Positions 1-9,300 of a DNA stretch of 64,000 bases are shown piece by piece. This stretch comes from a candidate division WOR_3 bacterium SM23_42. GTDB taxonomy: Bacteria > Hydrothermota > Tepidihabitantia > SM23-42. Both the position numbers and the translations under genes were made by a program. Positions within the stretch are counted from its first letter, which is position 1; each line of letters opens with the position of its first letter. Location of the stretch: positions 43,569-107,568 of the forward strand of contig LJUJ01000009.1 of assembly GCA_001303785.1 (NCBI GenBank), written 5' to 3'. The notes below the pieces were generated by a model. That model was not told where the DNA came from, did not search any database, and saw nothing but the letters and a program-made list of their open reading frames with translations.

Positions 1-659
1 CACTCATGGTTGATCATATCACGATATACCACGGTGCAGTGCGTAAAATAAAAGATCTCATTGACTCACAGAGCGTTGGCGACATTATCTATATTGACGC
101 GGTACGCGTGAATTTAGGGATTTTCCAGTGCGATGTGAATGTAGTATGGGATCTGGCGATACATGAATTCGCGATCATTGATTACCTGCTCGGTGAGATG
201 CCCAGAGCGGTAACCTGTGTTGGTGCTGCTCACTATGGTGAACTGGAAGAGGCAGCTTATGTTACACTTTTCTTCGGACAAGGAGTCATTGCACACATAC
301 ATGTCAGTTGGTTATCTCCGGTGAAAACCAGGAGATTAATCCTGGGTTGTACGAGGAAGATGCTTCTCTTTGATGATACTAGTCCTAGTGAGAAGTTGAT
401 GCTTTTTGATCGGGGTGTAGGTAGGTCTCCAGATGCCGATGTGGACGGACCAGCGATAACCTATCGTGATGGTGCGACTGAAGCCGTTTCCTATGATACC
501 ACCGAGCCATTGTTTACGGTAATAGATGCATTTCTTAGATCAATACATGAGAAACAGGAACCATTAGCAAACGGTGAATCCGGTTTGCGCATGGTGAGAA
601 TCCTTGAAGCAGCCAGTAAATCACTCAAGCAGCAAGGAGTGAGAATTCCGCTGGATTGA
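1..659 (+). CDS. Gfo/Idh/MocA-family oxidoreductase, C-terminal portion (5' end outside window)
   Basis: The reading frame of ORF 6..659 is open back to the window edge. The translation looks like the C-terminal alpha/beta domain of Gfo/Idh/MocA enzymes (IAHIHVSWLSPVKTRRL). No N-terminal Rossmann motif is present, which fits truncation. Confidence 0.6.
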   Translation, partial: LMVDHITIYHGAVRKIKDLIDSQSVGDIIYIDAVRVNLGIFQCDVNVVWDLAIHEFAIIDYLLGEMPRAVTCVGAAHYGELEEAAYVTLFFGQGVIAHIHVSWLSPVKTRRLILGCTRKMLLFDDTSPSEKLMLFDRGVGRSPDADVDGPAITYRDGATEAVSYDTTEPLFTVIDAFLRSIHEKQEPLANGESGLRMVRILEAASKSLKQQGVRIPLD

Positions 660-685
660 TGTGAACTAAATACGTAATATTAGCA

Positions 686-713
686 AGAAATGCTCGCTAT
701 TTCGAGCATTTCT
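686..713 (+). terminator. Hairpin after the oxidoreductase gene (possible intrinsic terminator)
   Basis: Perfect 11-bp inverted repeat AGAAATGCTCG (686-696) / CGAGCATTTCT (703-713) with a 6-nt loop, 27 nt after the stop codon. There is no long U-tract beyond the TTTCT that closes the stem. Confidence 0.45.
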
Positions 714-749
714 GCATTCAAGAACTGCCCAGGAATACAGCTACCGCCG

Positions 750-777
750 TTGACAAAGGTCGAAAAATAGGTATAAT
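750..777 (+). promoter_or_regulatory. Sigma70-type promoter for the acyl-CoA dehydrogenase/ETF/Hdr gene string
   Basis: TTGACA at 750-755, a 16-nt spacer, TATAAT at 772-777. It lies in the only long non-coding gap (660-940) upstream of the operon. Confidence 0.55.
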
Positions 778-940
778 ATGGTGTTTGATAAACACAATTT
801 CTACCCATTTAGAGGTCAGCTTCGCTACCTTCTCATTCATCCACTGCTGACAAGGGCGGTAGCTTAGATATCAGAAACTCTGATAACTTTGGATCTCATT
901 ATCATTTTTAAGTACGAAACGTATTAGGAGATAATTGGGT

Positions 941-2053
941 ATGGGTTTAATAGAAATGAGTAGTGAACAAAAGTTGATTAAGAGTGAAGTCAAGAAATTT
1001 ACCAATGCTGAACTCGAACCGATAGCTTCAGATATCGAGAAAGATTGTCGTTTGCCATCAGAAATCCTAAAGAAGTTGGCGCAGATGGGCTTATTTGGAT
1101 TGACAATACCTGAGAAATACGGGGGTTCAGGATTGGACGCATCGAGCCTTTCTATCGCACTCGAAGAATTTTCGAAATCCTGCGCCTCACTAGGTTTGAT
1201 ATTAGTGGTGAACAATTGTATTGTTGCTAATCTTCTCACAAGATATGGTTCGCCACAAATCAAGGAAGAGTATCTGAAGCGAATATCGCAAGGGGGCATT
1301 GGTGGTTACGGGCTCTATTCGGACACCGAAATTGCTGGCAAGACGAATGCGCTGATTGCTGAGAAGGATAATCTTCATTTCTCGGGCCGAATAGACCTTG
1401 TACTGAATGGCGGTGCCGCTGACTTTTGTATCATTCCCGTGAAGTCTGAGCGGGGCATTGTTTTGCACCTAGTCAACCGAGATGCCGCCGGTATAAATTA
1501 CGTTCCGGTTGAGACCATGGGCATGCGCAGCGCAGGTATCACTAGCCTTGAATTCCAAGGTGTGAAACTCGGGACAGAGAGTTGCTTGGTAGGCGAAGAC
1601 GGCGGTCTTGAGGCAATCCAACGCGCACACGATTTTGCGCACATCGGCTATGCGGCAATTGCACTTGGTTTAACCGAGGCTTCGTTGGAGGCGTCGATTA
1701 AGTATGCGAAGGAACGCAGGCAGTTTGGCCGAGCCATCTGTGAGTTCCCGATGATTCAAGACATACTCGCAGAAATAAAGATTTGCATCGAGAAATCCCG
1801 GTTGCTCGTCCACGACGCTGCACATCGATTCGATAAAGAAGAGGGCTACGGGATGATTGTCCGTATTGCTTGTTTGACAAGCTGTGGGGGTGCCGTGTCT
1901 GCCGCACTTAAGGCAATACAAATTCACGGCGGGTACGGCTATACAAAGGACTACCCAGTTGAGCGCTACTTCCGAGATGCGAAATCGATTCAGCTATTGG
2001 GTGAATCGCCGGTTGATCTAAGAGCTAAAATCGCAAAGGAGCTTCTAGTATGA
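941..2053 (+). CDS. Acyl-CoA dehydrogenase family protein, divergent paralog
   Basis: ORF 935..2053; ATG at 941 follows AGGAG at 926-930. ACAD-like N-terminus (PEKYGGSGLD) and C-terminus (IQIHGGYGYTKDYPVERYFRDAK). The GLTEPxAGSD motif is degenerate (GLYSDTEIAGK). The stop overlaps the next gene's start (ATGA). Confidence 0.75.
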   Translation: MGLIEMSSEQKLIKSEVKKFTNAELEPIASDIEKDCRLPSEILKKLAQMGLFGLTIPEKYGGSGLDASSLSIALEEFSKSCASLGLILVVNNCIVANLLTRYGSPQIKEEYLKRISQGGIGGYGLYSDTEIAGKTNALIAEKDNLHFSGRIDLVLNGGAADFCIIPVKSERGIVLHLVNRDAAGINYVPVETMGMRSAGITSLEFQGVKLGTESCLVGEDGGLEAIQRAHDFAHIGYAAIALGLTEASLEASIKYAKERRQFGRAICEFPMIQDILAEIKICIEKSRLLVHDAAHRFDKEEGYGMIVRIACLTSCGGAVSAALKAIQIHGGYGYTKDYPVERYFRDAKSIQLLGESPVDLRAKIAKELLV

Positions 2054-3186
2054 TATTGGATGAAAAACACGAGGAATTCCGAGCCAGGATTAGGGATTTT
2101 GCAACGCGAGAAGTGGAGCCACGATCCCGGGAATTGGACAGGAAAGGCGAATTTCCCTGGGATTTGGTAAAACGCATGCGCGAACTAGGACTTTTGGCGA
2201 TCTACGTTCCGAAAGAATACGGGGGTGCCGGTCTTGATACGCTGTACTATTCCATCGCCGTTGAGGAGATCGGACGCGTTTGCGGTTCCACCGGCATATT
2301 CCTTGCTGCCCATTCGTCGCTTGGTGTTTTCCCGGTGTATTACGCAGGAAATGAAGCACAGAAGAAGAAGTGGCTTGTACCAATGGCCAAAGGTGAAAAA
2401 ATCGGCTCGTTCGGGTTGACCGAACCGGATGCTGGTTCTGATGCCGCAGCTACCAAGACTACTGCGATTCAGGAAGGCGATGAATATGTAGTTAATGGTG
2501 TAAAAAGATTCATAACCTCGGGTAGTGTTGCCGATGTAATAGTCTTCACCGCGACACAAGATCCGTCAAAAGGTTATCATGGCATATCCGCTTTCGTTGT
2601 GGAAAAGGGAACGCCCGGTTTTACCTATGGTAAGGATGAAGAGAAATTAGGCCTGCACGGATCGATAACTTCGGAGCTCCTTTTTGAGGATTGCAGGATT
2701 CCGAAAGGGAATATCCTGGGTAAGGAAGGAGATGGGTTTAAGATCTTTATGGAGACCCTGGACGGCGGTAGGATTTCTATTGGTGCGCTGGCCCTTGGTA
2801 TAGCGCAGGGAGCGTTAGATGCATCGGTTGAGTTTGCCAAGCGCAACAAGCGAGCAGGTAAACCCATTTACAAGGCACAGTCAACACAGTCCATGATTGC
2901 GGAGATGGCAACCGAGGTCGAAGCGGCTCGTTTGCTTGTTTATCAGGCAGCGGCGTTGAAGGACGCTGGCCTCCCATATTTAAAGGAAGCAGCAATGGCA
3001 AAATACTATGCTTCAACGATCGGCATGAAAGCGGCGAGCATGGCTATTGAAATTCATGGTATGCTTGGCATTACGGATATGTATCCTGTGGAGCGCTTCA
3101 TCAGGGATGAAAAACTCATGGAAATAGGTGAAGGAACGAGTGAGATTCAGAAGATAGTCATCGCGAGACAAATACTAGGCAAATAA
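2050..3186 (+). CDS. Acyl-CoA dehydrogenase (short/branched-chain, butyryl-CoA dehydrogenase-like)
   Basis: 378 aa with canonical ACAD motifs: GLTEPDAGSD, KRFITSG, IEIHGMLG, PVERFIRDEKLMEIGEGTSEIQ. Confidence 0.9.
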   Translation: MILDEKHEEFRARIRDFATREVEPRSRELDRKGEFPWDLVKRMRELGLLAIYVPKEYGGAGLDTLYYSIAVEEIGRVCGSTGIFLAAHSSLGVFPVYYAGNEAQKKKWLVPMAKGEKIGSFGLTEPDAGSDAAATKTTAIQEGDEYVVNGVKRFITSGSVADVIVFTATQDPSKGYHGISAFVVEKGTPGFTYGKDEEKLGLHGSITSELLFEDCRIPKGNILGKEGDGFKIFMETLDGGRISIGALALGIAQGALDASVEFAKRNKRAGKPIYKAQSTQSMIAEMATEVEAARLLVYQAAALKDAGLPYLKEAAMAKYYASTIGMKAASMAIEIHGMLGITDMYPVERFIRDEKLMEIGEGTSEIQKIVIARQILGK

Positions 3187-3277
3187 ATCCGAAGCACGAA
3201 ATCCGAAATACTAAACAATATCAAATAACCAAAGCACTAAATTCAAAACCGTTTTGAGCATTTGAATTTCGAATTTC
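3185..3277 (+). repeat. Intergenic palindromic element, copy A (right arm truncated)
   Basis: AAATCCGAAGCACGAAATCCGAAATACTAAACAATATCAAATAACC...AAATTCAAAACCGTTTTGAGCATTTGAATTTCGAATTTC. It shares the left arm with copies B-H and begins inside the TAA stop of the upstream gene. Confidence 0.8.
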
Positions 3278-3295
3278 TGAGAGTAAGGGGGTATT

Positions 3296-4438
3296 ATGAA
3301 CTTTGATCTGACCAGTGATCAGAAAATGCTTCAGGATCAGGTACGTAAATTTGCAGACACTGAATTAGCACCGGTAGCACCGGAAATCGACCAATCCGCG
3401 GAATTCCCGTGGGAGAACATAAAGAAGATGGCTAAGTTGGGCTTGCTCGGGGTGGTCGTGCCCGAGAAATATGGCGGCTCCGAATTCGATTTTGTATCCC
3501 TGGCAATCGCGATCGAAGAGATATCGCGGGTTTGCGCTAGTACTGGGGTCATTGTCGCGGTTAACAATTCATTGACCACCTATCCTATTCTGCAATTCGG
3601 TAACGAGGATCAGAAGAACAAATTTCTGCCACCCTTGTGCAGCGGCGAGAAGATCGGCGCCTTTGGTCTGACAGAGCCAAATGCGGGTTCGGATGTTGTG
3701 GCCATGGAGGCGACTGCCCGGCCCGAGGGAGATCATTATGTGCTCAACGGCACGAAGAGGTTCATCACCAATGGCGGTGAGGCTGGAATCTTTGTTGTGT
3801 TTGCTTACACTAACAAGGAATTGAAACACAAAGGTATTAGTGCTTTCGTTGTCGAGCGTGATACTCCGGGATTCACTCTTGGCAAGCACGAAGACCTCAT
3901 GGGTATCAGAGCGACCGCGAACTGTGAGCTGATATTTGAAGACACAAAGATCCCGAAGGAGAACCTACTCGGGAATGAGGGTGATGGCTTCAAGATTTGT
4001 ATGAACACGCTCGACGTTTCGAGAATAGACATCGGAGCTCAGGCTGTTGGCATTGCGCAGGCTGCGTTGAATGAGGCGATAAAATACTCGAAAGAGCGCA
4101 AGGCATTCGGGCAGCCGATATGTAACTTCCAGATGATCCAATCGATGTTTGCGGAAATGGCGACCGAGATTCAGGCGGCTCGTTTACTCGTTTACTATGC
4201 GGGTTATTGTAAGGATAAGGGTATGCCAAGGTTTTCCCGGGAATCGGCAATGTGCAAATACTATGCATCGAGTATCGCGGTCGACGTGGCACGCAAGTCG
4301 TTACAGATTCATGGTGGTTATGGATACACAAAGGATTATACAGTCGAGCGATTGTATCGAGATGCTAAGATTCTTGAGCTTTACGAAGGTACGTCGGAAG
4401 TACAGAAGATCGTGATTGCAAGAGATCTCACTAAGTAA
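3296..4438 (+). CDS. Acyl-CoA dehydrogenase (short-chain type)
   Basis: 380 aa with motifs GLTEPNAGSD, KRFITNGG, LQIHGGYGYTKDYTVERLYRDAKILELYEGTSEVQ. RBS AAGGGGG lies upstream. Confidence 0.9.
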   Translation: MNFDLTSDQKMLQDQVRKFADTELAPVAPEIDQSAEFPWENIKKMAKLGLLGVVVPEKYGGSEFDFVSLAIAIEEISRVCASTGVIVAVNNSLTTYPILQFGNEDQKNKFLPPLCSGEKIGAFGLTEPNAGSDVVAMEATARPEGDHYVLNGTKRFITNGGEAGIFVVFAYTNKELKHKGISAFVVERDTPGFTLGKHEDLMGIRATANCELIFEDTKIPKENLLGNEGDGFKICMNTLDVSRIDIGAQAVGIAQAALNEAIKYSKERKAFGQPICNFQMIQSMFAEMATEIQAARLLVYYAGYCKDKGMPRFSRESAMCKYYASSIAVDVARKSLQIHGGYGYTKDYTVERLYRDAKILELYEGTSEVQKIVIARDLTK

Positions 4439-4559
4439 ATCCTAAGCACGAAATTCGAAATCCGAAACAATACCAAATGACCAAAATACGAAAATCCAAA
4501 CGTTTTGAAAATTCGGATTTAGAATTTGTTTCGTATTTAGATATTCGGATTTAGGATTT
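4437..4559 (+). repeat. Intergenic palindromic element, copy B (full length)
   Basis: AAATCCTAAGCACGAAATTCGAAATCCGAAACAATACCAAATGACC...GTTTTGAAAATTCGGATTTAGAATTTGTTTCGTATTTAGATATTCGGATTTAGGATTT. The termini AAATCCTAA / TTAGGATTT are exact reverse complements. It starts in the TAA stop and ends 8 nt before the GGAAGGAGG RBS of etfB. Confidence 0.85.
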
Positions 4560-4580
4560 TTCAGTAGGAAGGAGGTAACA

Positions 4581-5351
4581 TTGGAGTTGATTGTCTGCAT
4601 TAAGAGAGTTCCTCAGACCGCGGAAGCCGAAGTGAAAATAGATGATTCGGGAAAGGATATCGTGAAAGATCGCTTGACCTTTGATATGAACGAAGCAGAT
4701 TCTTACGCACTTGAAGAAGCAATTCTATTAAAAGAAAAATTCGGCGGTGCGATAACTGCAGTTTCTCTTGGTACCGCTGAGGCTGAGGATACGCTGCGCA
4801 TCGCATTGGCGAAAGGCGCAGATAATGCTATCAGAATAAAGGCGGAGGAATTTGGCGAATTGGATGGGTACAAGACCGCGATGATAATCAAGGAAGCGAT
4901 AAAGGATCTCAAGTTCGACGCGATTTTCACAGGGTGCATGGCAACGGATGATAGCTATTATCAGGTAGGCCCGGTGCTGGCGGAGACACTCGGAGTTCCT
5001 CACGCTACACTGGTGAGCAAGATCGAGTTGACTGACAAGAAGGTTCACGTGAATCGGGAACTCGAAGGAGGTTTGATAGAGCACCTTGAGATGTCGTTGC
5101 CAGCGGTCTTCGCAGTACAGACCGGCATCAACGAACCACGCTACGCCTCGCTGATTGCGATAAGACGAGCAGCAGCAAAAGAGATAAAAGTGTTAGGTAA
5201 AGATGACATTGCATCTGAGCCCAAACTCAACAGCACGCTTGAAGAACTCTTTGTACCTCCAGTTGGCAAAAGGGCTGAGTTTCTTACCGGTACGGCGGAC
5301 GAGGTATCTGCCCGGACAGCGGAGATAATCAAAGAAAAGGGATTGATCTAA
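4581..5351 (+). CDS. etfB: Electron transfer flavoprotein, beta subunit
   Basis: 256 aa. TTG start follows GGAAGGAGG. N-terminus IVCIKRVPQT and the overall layout are typical of EtfB. It lies directly upstream of etfA. Confidence 0.9.
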   Translation: MELIVCIKRVPQTAEAEVKIDDSGKDIVKDRLTFDMNEADSYALEEAILLKEKFGGAITAVSLGTAEAEDTLRIALAKGADNAIRIKAEEFGELDGYKTAMIIKEAIKDLKFDAIFTGCMATDDSYYQVGPVLAETLGVPHATLVSKIELTDKKVHVNRELEGGLIEHLEMSLPAVFAVQTGINEPRYASLIAIRRAAAKEIKVLGKDDIASEPKLNSTLEELFVPPVGKRAEFLTGTADEVSARTAEIIKEKGLI

Positions 5352-5357
5352 GGAGGA

Positions 5358-6335
5358 ATGATGGCTGATATTCTAGCGTTGGTTGAACATCGTCAGGGTA
5401 CAATCAGGGACATAACATACGAGCTGTTGACCTACGGACGAAAATTGACCGAAAAGACGGGTGGCAAACTTACGGGTGTAGTATTAGGGCATAATACCGA
5501 CAGATACACAGAGACTCTAAAGAAACACGCGCATCGTCTTGTTGTTGTTGACCATGAGGTATTTAAAGACTTCAATGCGGAAACGTATCAAGTTGCTCTT
5601 GTTGATATCATCAAAAAAGAGAATCCGTTTCTCACATTGATTGGCAATACTGCATTTGGAATAGACCTCTGTCCGGCCCTTGCGACGAAATTGGATATTC
5701 CGTTTACCACCGATTGCATTGGTGTTGAGATCGCTGATACGAGAGTTAAATTGACCCGTCAGTTGTATGATGGAAAGATGGATGCTCACGTGCGTCTGAG
5801 CGACAGTTCCTCATACATGCTGACCTTGCGCAGTGGAACCTGCGCTGCCGAAGAGGGGAGCCTCGCCGCAGAAATACAGAAGATAGATGCCCCAGTGACC
5901 AATCAGCCTGATTACAAGAAATTCATTGAGTACATCGAAGCGGCGGTCGGTGACGTGGATATCACAAAGGCCGACGTGCTGGTTGGTGTCGGGCGCGGGA
6001 TAAAAGAACAGGCGAATTTAGCAATGATTGAGGAATTTGCTAAGGCAATGGGCGGGGTGGTTGCTTGCTCGCGTCCGATCGTTGATGCCAACTGGTTACC
6101 CAAGGATCGTCAGGTCGGGTCTTCGGGCAAGACCGTGAAACCCAAGCTCTATATTGCGGTGGGTATTTCGGGAGCATTCCAGCACATCGCCGGGATGAAA
6201 AGCGCAGATACCATAATCGCCATCAATAAAGATCCAAATGCACCAATATTCAATGAGGCCGATTATGGCATTGTTGATGACCTATTTAAGGTAGTACCGG
6301 CACTCAAGAACAAGATAATGGAGATGAAACAATAA
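5358..6335 (+). CDS. etfA: Electron transfer flavoprotein, alpha subunit
   Basis: 325 aa with the C-terminal FAD-binding signature PKLYIAVGISGAFQHIAGMKSADTIIAINKDPNAPIF. Confidence 0.9.
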   Translation: MMADILALVEHRQGTIRDITYELLTYGRKLTEKTGGKLTGVVLGHNTDRYTETLKKHAHRLVVVDHEVFKDFNAETYQVALVDIIKKENPFLTLIGNTAFGIDLCPALATKLDIPFTTDCIGVEIADTRVKLTRQLYDGKMDAHVRLSDSSSYMLTLRSGTCAAEEGSLAAEIQKIDAPVTNQPDYKKFIEYIEAAVGDVDITKADVLVGVGRGIKEQANLAMIEEFAKAMGGVVACSRPIVDANWLPKDRQVGSSGKTVKPKLYIAVGISGAFQHIAGMKSADTIIAINKDPNAPIFNEADYGIVDDLFKVVPALKNKIMEMKQ

Positions 6336-6337
6336 CC

Positions 6338-9300
6338 ATGAAGAGAGTAGGTGTTTTCATTTGCCATTGTGGTCGAAACATAAGCGGCACGATAGATATT
6401 GAGAAATTGGTGAAAGAGATAAGCAAACATCCAGGAGTCGCACATTGCGAGGATTACAAATACATGTGTTCTGACCCCGGTCAGAGTATCGTTAAAGAGA
6501 AACTGAAAGAAAACAAGCTCGATGGCATTGTCGTGGCCTCCTGTAGTCCGTTGCTCCATGAGATAACCTTTCGCCGTGCCGTGGAAGAAGCGGGGTTGAA
6601 TCCCTATTTGTTGGAAATGGCGAACATCAGGGAACAATGCAGTTGGATCCATGATGATATTGAGAAGGCAACGCAAAAGGCGATTGAGATAATTAAGGCA
6701 ACGGTTGAGAAGGCCAAGTACAATGATGCTTTGGTGCCGGCTAAGATTCCGGTTAATCCACGGGCATTGATACTCGGTGCCGGTATTGCGGGAATCCAGG
6801 CTGCGTTGGACGTTGCCAACGCCGGATATGATGTAGTATTGGTTGAGCGTAGCCCCTCGATCGGTGGACACATGGCCCAACTATCTGAGACATTTCCAAC
6901 GCTGGACTGTTCGCAGTGCATCCTTACTCCTAGAATGGTTGAAGCCGGTCACCATGAGAAAATAAAACTGTACACCTATGCAGAATTGGAAGAGGTATCT
7001 GGTTCGGTCGGCAACTTTCGGGTCAAAATAAGAAGGAAGGCATCGTACGTTGATTTTAAAAAATGCAACGGCTGCGCGGATTGTGACCCCGTGTGTCCCG
7101 TGTTGATGCCCAATGAATTCGATGCGCATCTGTCACAGAGAAAGGCGATTTACCGACCGTTCCCGCAAGCGGTGCCAAATACCTACACTATCGATAAGAA
7201 GGGCGTGCCGCCGTGTCGTGTAGCGTGTCCAGCAGGTGTTAATGTACAAGGCTACGTCGCACTCGCCTCCCAAGGGAAATTCAAGGAAGCACTGGCAATT
7301 GAAAGAGAGGATAACCCCTTTGCTTCGGTATGTGGTCGAGTATGTACGCATCCCTGCGAGAGCGAATGCAAGAGAGGCGACTTTGGAGATGCCGTTTCCA
7401 TTCGGTCAATAAAGCGTTTTATTGCCGACCATGAAACGCAGATACCCGAACCTGATTTGCCCGAGCCGAGGAAGAATAAGATAGCAATCATTGGCGCTGG
7501 GCCGTCGGGGCTAAGTTGCGCATACTTCCTGGCAAAGCGGGGATATGCACCCACCGTGTTTGAAGCGCTGCCCGTTGTTGGTGGGATGTTGATCACCGGG
7601 ATCCCCGAGTTCAGACTTCCGAGGAAAATGCTCCAACAGGACATTGACTATATCAAATCCTGGGGTGTTGAGATCAAAACCGAACATAAGATAGATGATC
7701 CGGAAGGACTCCTCGAAAATGGTTATGAGGCGGTGTACTTGAGTAGTGGTGCTCATATCGAACGTAAATTAGGTATCGAAGGCGAAGACCTGGAAGGTGT
7801 GTACTACGGTATCGATTTTCTTCGCAGGGTGAACCTTGACGATAAACCCGAAATCGGTGCTAGGGTGGCCGTTGTCGGTGGTGGTAACTCAGCTATCGAT
7901 GCGGCACGGACCGCACTAAGGTCAGGTGCTGAGCAGGTGAGCATTGTATACCGGCGTTCTCTCAAAGAGATGCCCGCCGACAAGGATGAGATTGATGAGG
8001 CAATAAAGGAAGGAATTGAAATCAAATTCCTCGCAACCCCAACCGCGTTCATTGGCGAAAACGGCAAGCTGAAGCAGATGCAATGCGTTCACATGAAGCT
8101 CGGCGCACCCGATGAGTCAGGACGTCGCCGGCCAGAGCCGATTATGGGATCCGAGTTCACAATTCCGGTCGACACCGTGGTGGTGACGATTGGTCAGTCT
8201 CCTGATATCGCCTACTTGTCAAAAGACACGAAGATCGAAACGAGCAAGTGGGGTAGTCTCATTGTGGATGATCTGACACGGCAGACGTCGGTTCCCAGAA
8301 TATTCGCAGGCGGTGACGCGGTGCGCGGCCCGGATACTGTGATCTGGGCGATTGCGGACGGTAAGGAGGCAGCAGTCTCCATCGATCGCTTTCTGCGTGG
8401 TGTCGATCTAACTGAAGATCGTACAAAGCCTGAAGCCATCGAGGATATAGCGCTGCCGCGTATCATCAAGGATACTGCGCGACAACAGGTGCGCATGATG
8501 TCGCTTACTGAACGAGCTAACAACTTCAAGGAAGTAAATCTTGGCCTGACCGAAGAGCAGATCAAGGCCGAAGCCTTAAGGTGTTTTGCTTGCGGTGGCT
8601 GTATCGAGTGTGGTGAGTGCAATAAGGCCTGCGAGCAGGATGCGATAAGACATGATATGAAGGACGAAGTGGTCGAGGAGGAAGTTGGTGCGATAGTTGT
8701 TGCAACGGGATATGAGTTGTATCCGATTGAAAAGATTCGTGAGTATGGTGCTGGTAAATTTGAGGACGTGATCGACGGTCTGCAGTTTGAGCGCCTGCTT
8801 TCGGCCTCCGGGCCTACCCAAGGTGAAGTCCTCAGACCATCTGATAAGAAGGTGCCCAAGAGGATCGCCTTCATCTCTTGTGCAGGGTCGCGTGATCCCG
8901 AACATCATCTACCGTACTGTTCAAAAATATGCTGCATGTACAATGCAAAGCACGCCTTGCTCTATAAGGAACGGGTGCCCGATGGCGAGGCTATCGTTTT
9001 CTCGATAGATATCAGGACAGCGGGTAAAGGCTACGAGGAATTCTTCATACGGACAAAGGAAGATGAGAATGTCCTGTATGTTCGCGGTAAGCCTTCACGA
9101 GTCATGAAGGAAGGCGATGAATTGGTCGTATGGACTACCGATACGCTGACCGGGCGTCCGCTCAAGGTTAAGTGTGATATGGTTGTACTCTCGATGGCGG
9201 TTGTACCTTCGATTGAGACTTTTGAACTTGCCAAGAAATTGAGAATTCAGACAAATATACATGGGTTTTACAACGAGGCACATCCCAAACTGCGTCCGGT

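Noticed and set aside
6263-6880. Long minus-strand ORFs (e.g. 6263..6880, 8212..8874, 13170..13757, 14219..15082, 31371..32045, 33478..34248, 52143..52805)
   Set aside because: Each lies fully antisense to a + strand gene with strong family motifs (etfA/HdrA-like, GlnRS, carboxyltransferase, crotonase and others). Their translations are low-complexity or motif-free. They are shadow ORFs.
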